DNA of 58,517 nt from Acidimicrobiia bacterium (GTDB taxonomy: Bacteria; Actinomycetota; Acidimicrobiia; Spongiisociales; UBA5794), in contig JABDJC010000083.1 of the NCBI GenBank assembly GCA_013003395.1, positions 1 through 58,517 of the forward strand, given 5' to 3'. Positions 8,900 through 16,338 of this stretch are shown one piece after another; position 1 is the first letter of the stretch, and every line of letters begins with the position of its first letter. The notes under the pieces are model-generated. The model saw only the letters and a list, made by a program, of their open reading frames with translations. It was not told the origin of the DNA and did not search any database. The position numbers were made by a program, and so were the translations under genes.

Positions 8900-11800
8900 T
8901 CAGCGCACTTCCCGCAGTCTGTCCATCTCGTAGATAGCCCCGATCTGCTCGAAGCACTCTCTGGCACGGTCAACGTGACCCCGTTGCTCGATGGAGCCAT
9001 GCCGCGCGGAACGCGCAAGCCGATCGTTGAGCATGCCTTCGTCCCATATGAGACCCGCCGCTGCAGCCCGCCTGAGCCCTCGACTCCAGACTCGGCGCGC
9101 CGACCGAGTCCGTCCCCTGCCGTCGAGGGCAATGCCCTTGAACAAGGCGAAACGCGGTCGAGCGAACGGCAACACTCTGGCGAACATGCGCAGAACCCTC
9201 AGGCCTCGTCGCGTTTGACCCCGCAGTGCCTTGCGTTCTCGGGGGTCGGAGGTCTCGCGCTCCAACGTCGTGAAGGTCTCGAGCATGCCTGTGAGTCCCG
9301 CCAGGTAGATGAAGATCGGGGTCGAGTCGAATGCAGCCAGCGCGAGATCCGCACTTGCTCGGGCCTGCCGGAGGTCGCCAACACGAAGGCGGTATTGAGC
9401 TTGGGTCCCGTAGATGATCGGAATCGTCAAGGGATCAGCACCTTCGATGAGGTTCTCGGCGTCGAACACGAGCGAAGCTGCGTCCTGTGTTCGTCCCATC
9501 GAGAGCAGTACAGGGATACCCAGCGCAACCGCCCATCCTTCGTGTTCACGGCTGTCCCTCGCACGGGACGACTCGAGGAGCTGGGCATAGTCCTTCCAGG
9601 CCATGTCCATTGCGGTGGTGCAGTGACTCGCGAAGCCGCGGATGGCAAGACCGATCTCAGCCGAGTAGTGATCGCCAAGGCGTGCGCAACGATCGATCCC
9701 GTCGGTGACGAGCGGTTCCCCTTCGCTCCAACGGTTGAACGTGAGCAGGTAGGTGCTTTCGGACAGTGCCACGGCGATCAAATGCCCCGGTCCGAGGTCC
9801 GCGAGGCTGCGCGAGCCGACTCGCTCGGTGACTTCTCGCTCGGCCTCGAAGCGCTCTGCGGCGCGGGCCATCCTGAAGTAACGACGGGCAAGACGTTTCA
9901 GCCGCAGCGTTCCGACGAGATACCCCAGCGAGCTGTAGGCAACGCCCGCCGCAACAGGGTGGCCGGACTTTTCACCCAGATTGATGGCGCGCAGGTTGTA
10001 GAGCGGGAACCCGATGAGGTCGACGGTGAAGTACGAAAGCTCGCCGAGCAACGCGAAGACTCTGGCCGCCCGGGCCAGGCGTGCCGCCTCCTCGTCGGTC
10101 TTCGGGTTCCTCACGACGATCGGGATGAGGATGTGAACAATCTGCACGAGAAGACCCCACAGGACACCGGCAACTCTCCGAACGGTCCCGTTCAATGGCT
10201 CGAATCCGAGATAGTGCAACGCAGCCCTCAACTGCGTGTCAGCCTCGGTCAAGTCGCCAAGCGCCTCATGGGCTTGCCCGAGCTGCGTGTACCAGTCGGC
10301 ACGCTGCCTGTCGGTCACGAACCTGCCGTTGGCAGCGTCAAGGCTCAACGACTTGCGATGGAACGAAATCGCCTCCTTGTTCGAGCCCTTCGAGAATGCC
10401 GTGCCGCCTGCCCTCTCGAGGTATGAGACGGCTCGCGCTGGGTCATCGGCGCGCTCCCAGTGGTGCGCCAGAAGCGCATATCGTTCGTTCAACGGCTCGT
10501 GACCCTCCAGATACTCAGCCACCGCCTTGTGGAGGTTGCGTCGCTGCTCGTACGCCAGGAGCTCGTACGCCGCCTCCTGAATGATCACGTGCTTGAACTC
10601 GTGCGTGGTCTCCGTACCCCGATCGACGAGGCCCATCGTCTCCAAGTCGTCGAGCTCCGCCTCGAGTTCGTCGATCGTCATGGACACCGGGTGCACCGTC
10701 CGGACGATCTCATCATCGAAATTCCTGCCAACGACACTTGCGACCTTCACCGTGAGTTGTTGGCGCGATGACAGTTGATCGAGGCGACTCGTCACGATGT
10801 CCTGCAGCGTGTTGGGGAGATCGAGGCCGGCGAGCGCCGATTCGTTCATCAACAACCTCGCACGCCCATCCCTCACGCTCAGTGCGCCTCGATCCCGCAG
10901 AGCAAAGGCCAACTCTTCTGCATATAGGGGGTGGCCTTCGGACTTGCGGGCTATGACTCGGGCGATTTCGGGAGGGATGTCGTCGACCCCCAGCCGATCT
11001 GCAGCAAGAGCAACAACGTGATTTTCATCAAGCGGCTCGAGGGTCATTTCAGCCGTGGCCGCATCGGCGAGGAGGTCCGTCATGGTTTCTTCGGCGAGAC
11101 CCTCCGGACGTGAGGTCAGCACCAGCAAGAGGGGTTGAACTTCGCGCTTGACTGCCCCCAGCAACGCCCACGACGACGAGTCCGCCCACTGCACGTCCTC
11201 GAGGATCGCCACGATCGGTTGATCGGCGGCCAAGTTCTGGAGTAGGTGTACGACCATCTCGATGGTGGAACTCCTGCGGCTCGTGCCACTCATCGCCCTC
11301 GTGGTGGCATTCTCCGCGAGCCGAGTTCCCAAGACCGCGTTGAGGAGAGGCAGCCACTCCGTCAAGTCCGGACGACTCTCGAATCGACCGGCGATCGCCA
11401 CAGCTCTGGCGTCGGCGTCGAGCTCAGGTCCGAATCCCAAGAGTCCGTCCAACAGGTCACGCCACGCGTGATAGGGAGACGCTGACTCGAGTTCCGACGC
11501 TCCGCCGGTGCCTACCCGGACGCGGAAGGCCGCTGCGTCGTCCACCAACTCGTGCACCAATGCGGACTTCCCGATCCCCGGCTCGCCGTCGATGACGACC
11601 ACGCTCGACGTCCTCCCGTGGGCGAGTGCTCCCAGCCATGCGGTCAACTGCCGAAGCTCGCGCTCGCGGCCTATCACACGACGCTTGATCGAACTCGGTT
11701 GAGCGGCGCCGGCGTGGTCGGTCCAGAGCGCTCGATAGACGTCGACCGGGTGAGCGAATCCGTGTAGATCGACACGCCGCGGCTCGCCCAGCATGATTGC

Positions 11801-12982
11801 GGGACGACTCGCCGCAGCTGAGTTCTGATCGCAGATCACTTCGTTGTGCGACACCTTCATGAGTCGCGCCGCCATGTTCACCACTGGCCCGATCATCGTG
11901 TAGTCACGGCGACCGACTCCGCCGTAGGCGCCGCAGAAGGCCCGTCCGGTCGCCACGCCGATGCCGTGTTCGATGCGAGCCTCGACGAGTTGGCGGTTGA
12001 GACCGAGCGACGCTTCGAGTGCTCGAACCGCATCTCCGACGTGCGCCCTCGGGGGCAGGCCGAAGGCACAGACGAAGGTCGTGCCTTTCTCGTCGACCAG
12101 CACTTTGTTGAGCGTTCCTTCGTACTGATGGATGACGGTCTGGACGATGTGCGCCGCTCGCTCGACTTGAGCACGGTCGTTCTGGTCGACGCAGAAGAGC
12201 TTGGGCAAGTTGACCATTACGGCCGAGATGGAGCGCAGTTCAGCCAGCCAAGAGCCGCCGCCGACCTCCAGCCGGAGCCTGACGGTCTCAGCCACGTGAT
12301 TGCGCAGATCGATGACAATCCGATCGGGCACCGAGACAGCTCGGTGGCCAGGTAGGTGGTCGACGTCGACTCCCGAGACGCGGAGGCTCCCGCCACGGGA
12401 CGTGCCTCGCAGACGAGGACCTGCCGCGTCCCAAGCATCGCTCGACACCACGACCTCGCCAGGTTTGGCTATCTCTTGAGCCTCGCCCATCTGGACAAAG
12501 GGGACACCTCCAGCAACGAAGTGCCACTCGTTTCGGTCACCGCCGACATCCATGAGATACCCGGTACCGGCTCCGACTCCGACGCGAAGGGAAAGGTCTC
12601 GACCCTGCGACTCACCGAATCGTCGGACGGTGCCGACCGCTTCGAGTCCGCAATGCGCTGCCAACCGAACCGCCCCGCCGAGTTCCTCGCCTTCGGCTGC
12701 GGTCCAACCAGCAAGAATCGAGTCGCCGGCAAACCCCAGGATGTCGCCGCCGTGCCTCCGGATGCTGTCGATGACCTCCGCAAAGCAACTGTTGAGCAGG
12801 TCCGTCACCTGCTCGGGGCCGGCACGACTCGTTGCGAGTTCCTCCGTGAGTGCCGTGAAGCCAGAGAGGTCTCCAAACCACGCAACAAGGGGAACTGCGC
12901 CGCTGACCGGAGACGCGCCGGCAAGGCGCGCCAACAGAATGTCTGGCACGAAGTCCGCCAAAGCTTCCGATTCGGTCACCAT
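8900..12982 (-). CDS. Tandem class III nucleotidyl-cyclase domains + P-loop STAND/AAA ATPase + TPR-like repeat protein
   Basis: 1360 aa. CHD1 is about res 30-200 (FGDLSGFT, GFAGDSILA). CHD2 is about res 255-420 (GRAFCGAYGG..., GPVVNMAARL). Walker A GEPGIGKS is at 11564-11587 (res 466-473). The long helical repeat C-terminus has no recognisable HTH. Confidence 0.85.
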   Translation of the reverse strand: MVTESEALADFVPDILLARLAGASPVSGAVPLVAWFGDLSGFTALTEELATSRAGPEQVTDLLNSCFAEVIDSIRRHGGDILGFAGDSILAGWTAAEGEELGGAVRLAAHCGLEAVGTVRRFGESQGRDLSLRVGVGAGTGYLMDVGGDRNEWHFVAGGVPFVQMGEAQEIAKPGEVVVSSDAWDAAGPRLRGTSRGGSLRVSGVDVDHLPGHRAVSVPDRIVIDLRNHVAETVRLRLEVGGGSWLAELRSISAVMVNLPKLFCVDQNDRAQVERAAHIVQTVIHQYEGTLNKVLVDEKGTTFVCAFGLPPRAHVGDAVRALEASLGLNRQLVEARIEHGIGVATGRAFCGAYGGVGRRDYTMIGPVVNMAARLMKVSHNEVICDQNSAAASRPAIMLGEPRRVDLHGFAHPVDVYRALWTDHAGAAQPSSIKRRVIGRERELRQLTAWLGALAHGRTSSVVVIDGEPGIGKSALVHELVDDAAAFRVRVGTGGASELESASPYHAWRDLLDGLLGFGPELDADARAVAIAGRFESRPDLTEWLPLLNAVLGTRLAENATTRAMSGTSRRSSTIEMVVHLLQNLAADQPIVAILEDVQWADSSSWALLGAVKREVQPLLLVLTSRPEGLAEETMTDLLADAATAEMTLEPLDENHVVALAADRLGVDDIPPEIARVIARKSEGHPLYAEELAFALRDRGALSVRDGRARLLMNESALAGLDLPNTLQDIVTSRLDQLSSRQQLTVKVASVVGRNFDDEIVRTVHPVSMTIDELEAELDDLETMGLVDRGTETTHEFKHVIIQEAAYELLAYEQRRNLHKAVAEYLEGHEPLNERYALLAHHWERADDPARAVSYLERAGGTAFSKGSNKEAISFHRKSLSLDAANGRFVTDRQRADWYTQLGQAHEALGDLTEADTQLRAALHYLGFEPLNGTVRRVAGVLWGLLVQIVHILIPIVVRNPKTDEEAARLARAARVFALLGELSYFTVDLIGFPLYNLRAINLGEKSGHPVAAGVAYSSLGYLVGTLRLKRLARRYFRMARAAERFEAEREVTERVGSRSLADLGPGHLIAVALSESTYLLTFNRWSEGEPLVTDGIDRCARLGDHYSAEIGLAIRGFASHCTTAMDMAWKDYAQLLESSRARDSREHEGWAVALGIPVLLSMGRTQDAASLVFDAENLIEGADPLTIPIIYGTQAQYRLRVGDLRQARASADLALAAFDSTPIFIYLAGLTGMLETFTTLERETSDPRERKALRGQTRRGLRVLRMFARVLPFARPRFALFKGIALDGRGRTRSARRVWSRGLRRAAAAGLIWDEGMLNDRLARSARHGSIEQRGHVDRARECFEQIGAIYEMDRLREVR

Positions 12983-13063
12983 CGACAGGCCCCCTACGCC
13001 GAGCCCCCCTCACGGAAATGTATCACTCGCGTGGGATTCCAGTGGGTCTGTAGCCTCTCGCCC

Positions 13064-13972
13064 ATGGCAACCGAACAAGAAGAGATACGCGAGACCATGA
13101 CGGCGCGTCTCGGCTCTTTCACCGATCGTCTCGGCAGCCTGCAGCAGAGCCATCTGAATTCCCTACTCGAGCGGCGCAGGTATCTGGCGTCCGACACCGC
13201 GCTGTTCGACCCGCTCGGCCATCCGGTCGTGGTGATCGGATCGTGGATTTCACGCACCGACGATCCCCTTTCCGATACTCAACTCGACATCGCCGAGTCC
13301 AGCCTCCTCGGCTATCTCCATGTTCGATTGCAGGACGACCACCTGGACGACGGAACCGACCGTCCAGATGCGGTGATGATGCTCGGCGATGCGCTGATTG
13401 CCCGTCACAGCGCATTGCTGGCCAGGCACGTGTCATCAACCGTCTTCTGGAATGCGTTCGAAGAACTCTGGACCAATTACGGAGAAGCGATGCTCTACGA
13501 GCGGTCGCTCATCGAATCAAACGCAGTACGAACCGCCGAGGACTTCGATCGGCTCCTCCACCGATCTCGCCCCCTGTCCATTCCCGGCCTTGCGGCACTC
13601 GCGGTCGAGGACCGACTGGCGGAGGCCCCACATGTCATGGACCTCGTGACGGGAATCATCCGGTCCGGCCAACTTGTCACCGACCTGATGGACGCACCTG
13701 CAGACCTGGAGTCCGGCCGGCACACGTGGATCGTGGAGCGCCTCGATGGACGGCAAGGAGCATCAGCGTTGAAACGTGCGATGGTCCGCGAGTTCGACGG
13801 GATCCTTGCTGAAGCGGCGGCCGCACTCGATTCCGCAGCGAACGCCGCCGACGAGCTCGCCGCATCTAGGGCAACTCACTGGATTGATCAACGGCGTGAA
13901 CGCCTCGCCGATCTGCAGGCAACGTTTTTCGAGGGCCTCTTTTCCCCGCTACTCAGCCGACATGAGGAGTAG
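13064..13972 (+). CDS. Class I isoprenoid-synthase-fold protein, phytoene/squalene-synthase-like
   Basis: 302 aa. LLGYLHVRLQDDHLDDG (res 81-97) and QLVTDLMDAPADLESGRHTW (res 203-222) resemble the two Asp-rich motifs of SQS/PSY enzymes. Start taken at the first ATG outside the antisense overlap with the STAND gene. Confidence 0.6.
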   Translation: MATEQEEIRETMTARLGSFTDRLGSLQQSHLNSLLERRRYLASDTALFDPLGHPVVVIGSWISRTDDPLSDTQLDIAESSLLGYLHVRLQDDHLDDGTDRPDAVMMLGDALIARHSALLARHVSSTVFWNAFEELWTNYGEAMLYERSLIESNAVRTAEDFDRLLHRSRPLSIPGLAALAVEDRLAEAPHVMDLVTGIIRSGQLVTDLMDAPADLESGRHTWIVERLDGRQGASALKRAMVREFDGILAEAAAALDSAANAADELAASRATHWIDQRRERLADLQATFFEGLFSPLLSRHEE

Positions 13973-14012
13973 CGTTGTGTAAGCGTTCTCCCGACGCCAG
14001 AAGGGGCAGACA

Positions 14013-14237
14013 ATGAACGACGAACCAGCCATCCCCAATGAACTCATTGGACGAGCGATCACCGACCACGAATTCCGCGAGCGCTTCCTCGCCGACCCTC
14101 AGAAGACCCTGGACGATGAGGGCTACTCGCTGAAACTCAGTTCCAGCCAGCTCGAAGCGGTACAGGACTTGGATGACGGGGTCATCGACTTTGCCATCCA
14201 CGGAATCAGCAAGGGACGCCCTGAAACCATGGCGTGA
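14013..14237 (+). CDS. Small protein with nitrile-hydratase-leader-like (NHLP clan / Franean1_4349-like) N-terminus; candidate RiPP precursor or small partner protein
   Basis: 74 aa. ELIGRAITDHEFRERFLADPQKTLDDEGY resembles NHLP-type leaders. GAAGGGG lies 6 nt upstream of the ATG, and the ORF is in operon position between two enzymes. Confidence 0.55.
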   Translation: MNDEPAIPNELIGRAITDHEFRERFLADPQKTLDDEGYSLKLSSSQLEAVQDLDDGVIDFAIHGISKGRPETMA

Positions 14238-14247
14238 CCGCGCCGCG

Positions 14248-15027
14248 GTGACCACGTCGGGCGAACCACGGCGCATAGCCGAGTACTACGACCGATGGTC
14301 TCCGCTGTTTCTCCAGTCTTTCGGGTCGGTGTTTCAAGCGGGTCTTGTCGACCGGATGAGTCCGGCCGACTCGGTCGTCGAGATGACGAGCGATGTTCCG
14401 TTCGCAGCGGGAGACCTGATTCTCGACGCGGGGTGCGGGATCGGCGGACCGGCGATCGCGCTCGCGCAGGCGCATGCGGGAATCGAGATAGAAGCCATCA
14501 CGATCTCTCCCGTGCAGGCGACGATGGCCCGCGACCTCATCGCGGACGCTCACCTGGAGAATCGGGTACGGGTCGCCGTCGGCGACTATCACGCCCTCCC
14601 CTACGCAGACGCTGCGTTCGATCACGTGATCTTGTTTGAAGCGATCGGATACAGCCACGATCCGCAGCAGTTGCTCTCAGAGTTGCACCGGGTACTCAAA
14701 CCGAACGGCACGGTCTTCGTGAAGGACGTCTTTCGTCGCTCGGCTCCACTCACCGCCGATGAGCTTGCGGCGATGCAGGAATTCGATGAGTTGTGGGCAT
14801 GCGTCCGCTCCCCGAAGCTCTCCGAGATCGAGGCCACCGCATTGGCTGTCGGGTTCGTCGATGTGGTGGCCGCTCCGGTGGAGTTCTCAACTGAACGATT
14901 GCTCGGCGCGATGTTCAGGTTCTCGAGCAAAGGCATCGAATACTCGCAACTCGGCGAACAGTTCTATCGGCCAGATCTCAGGCCTCCGGTGGTCTTCGGT
15001 CGAGTCGTCGGCCGCAGACCCGCCTGA
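14248..15027 (+). CDS. Class I SAM-dependent methyltransferase (tocopherol/sterol/GPP-MT-like N-terminus)
   Basis: IAEYYDRWSPLF... followed by ILDAGCGIGGPA (motif I) and LKPNGTVFV. GTG at 14248 chosen to avoid a 65-nt overlap with the small ORF; the ORF-track start at 14173 is also possible. Confidence 0.8.
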   Translation: MTTSGEPRRIAEYYDRWSPLFLQSFGSVFQAGLVDRMSPADSVVEMTSDVPFAAGDLILDAGCGIGGPAIALAQAHAGIEIEAITISPVQATMARDLIADAHLENRVRVAVGDYHALPYADAAFDHVILFEAIGYSHDPQQLLSELHRVLKPNGTVFVKDVFRRSAPLTADELAAMQEFDELWACVRSPKLSEIEATALAVGFVDVVAAPVEFSTERLLGAMFRFSSKGIEYSQLGEQFYRPDLRPPVVFGRVVGRRPA

Positions 15028-15085
15028 CTCTCCGATCCTCCCATGCCGGGTCTCGTGCGGCTAGCTTGAGAGAGGAGGTCGTCTC

Positions 15086-15529
15086 ATGGAATCGTGGAAA
15101 GCGAAGCTCATCATCGTCGGAGTCGACGGGTCAGACGCGAGCGTCGATGCTGCCTCGGTTGCCGCCAGCCTGGCGAGAAGCGCAGGAGCCAGGCTCCACA
15201 TCGTGACCGTCGTCAAACCGCCAGAAGGATGGTGGGGAATCATCGAGTCCCCACCGACCGCTTCGGCCCTGGGCAACGCACTCGAGGAAGCGCAGCGCAA
15301 AGTGCTGGACCTGACAACCTCTCGCGTCGATCTCGACGGCATCGAATACGAGACGGTGGAGGAGATCGGCGATCCCGGCCGAGCTCTGGCGGGCTACTGC
15401 GAACAGCACGAAGCCGACCTCCTCGTGATTGGACGACACGGAGCCGGGTTGTTCGACCGACTCACAATCGGCTCCGTCACTCATCGACTACTGCATGACG
15501 CACCGTGTCCCGTGATGGTCGTGCCTTGA
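15086..15529 (+). CDS. Universal stress protein (UspA family)
   Basis: 147 aa. IIVGVDGSDAS... and a C-terminal GRHGAGLFDRLTIGSVTHRLLHDAPCPVMVV Usp ATP-binding pattern. GAGAGGAGG RBS. Confidence 0.88.
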   Translation: MESWKAKLIIVGVDGSDASVDAASVAASLARSAGARLHIVTVVKPPEGWWGIIESPPTASALGNALEEAQRKVLDLTTSRVDLDGIEYETVEEIGDPGRALAGYCEQHEADLLVIGRHGAGLFDRLTIGSVTHRLLHDAPCPVMVVP

Positions 15530-15535
15530 GCGGGA

Positions 15536-15892
15536 CTACTGCTGGAAGAACAGGTACCAGGCGCCGGCAGCGGTGATGCCTGAGGTGATGGCGACCTTCA
15601 CCGCGCTCTTGATGACGCCGTAGAACAGACCGATGACCGCCAGCACACCGATGATCAACAGGATTCCCGTGAAGAGCGGGTTCGCTGAAGCGAAGTCGAT
15701 GAGGCTTGTGGGAACCTTGTCGACGAGGTCGGCGGGCAGGTTGTTGATCACGTCTTCTGGAATCTTGTCGAGCGTGCCATCCTCCAGCTTCTGGCGAACG
15801 TCAGTCGGCAGCTGCTCGACGACATCCTGTGGTAGCTGATCGAGTACGTCAGAAGCGAAGAGCATGAGTTTGTCCATATAGGCCAAGAGCAT
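15536..15892 (-). CDS. Small tail-anchored membrane protein with octad D-V/L-x-x-x-L/V-P-x repeats
   Basis: DVLDQLPQ DVVEQLPT DV... IPE DVINNLPA DLVDKVPT, followed by two C-terminal hydrophobic segments. The start is uncertain (15892, 15877 or 15865). Confidence 0.55.
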   Translation of the reverse strand: MLLAYMDKLMLFASDVLDQLPQDVVEQLPTDVRQKLEDGTLDKIPEDVINNLPADLVDKVPTSLIDFASANPLFTGILLIIGVLAVIGLFYGVIKSAVKVAITSGITAAGAWYLFFQQ

Positions 15893-15956
15893 ACCGAAGG
15901 GTGAGTTTTTCACGGTGGAACCATGGGACGTGCCGTTTCCTGAGCGCAACATTCCG

Positions 15957-16316
15957 ATGTGGCGCCTCATCGCACGAGGCGCTGTTCGCCGCTGTGCTCG
16001 TTGTGGCCAAGGCCGTCTCTTCACGCGATGGTTCACGATGCGCCCTGACTGCCCGAGATGCGGTCTCCACTTCGAGCGAGAGCAGGGTTACTGGCTAGGC
16101 GCGATGACCCTCAACTTCGCCGTAACCGAGGCTATGTTCGTTGTGGTGCTCGTCGCAACGATGGCGATCACCTGGCCGGATGTGCCGTGGGGAACGCTGC
16201 TCATTGCGGTGCTCGCGACAAACGTCATCGTCCCGTTGGTGTTCTATCCGATATCGAAGACGATTTGGGTCGGACTCGAGCGCGGAGTGCGCAGTCGACT
16301 CGATTTCGCCGGTTGA
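15957..16316 (+). CDS. DUF983-like zinc-ribbon membrane protein
   Basis: CARCGQG...CPRCG Cys4 ribbon followed by two TM helices. Start at the internal ATG; 15915 is also possible. Confidence 0.65.
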   Translation: MWRLIARGAVRRCARCGQGRLFTRWFTMRPDCPRCGLHFEREQGYWLGAMTLNFAVTEAMFVVVLVATMAITWPDVPWGTLLIAVLATNVIVPLVFYPISKTIWVGLERGVRSRLDFAG

Positions 16317-16338
16317 CGCCACAACTACCCTCGATGCG

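Noticed and set aside
12356-13063. Long N-terminal extension of the isoprenoid-synthase-like ORF (the track gives 12356-13972, 538 aa)
   Set aside because: The first 236 codons are antisense to the 5' end of the STAND/cyclase gene and are Arg/Pro/Ser-rich. The family-like sequence begins only after the ATG at 13064.
8900-15027. Idea that this is a 2-methylisoborneol-type cluster (cNMP-binding protein + terpene cyclase + GPP methyltransferase)
   Set aside because: Gene 1 is only 302 aa, and its second motif fits SQS/PSY (QLxxxLxDxxxDLExGR) rather than the terpene-cyclase NSE/DTE triad. The neighbouring signalling gene is a cyclase-STAND protein, not a cNMP-binding protein. The only cNMP-binding gene is 43 kb away.
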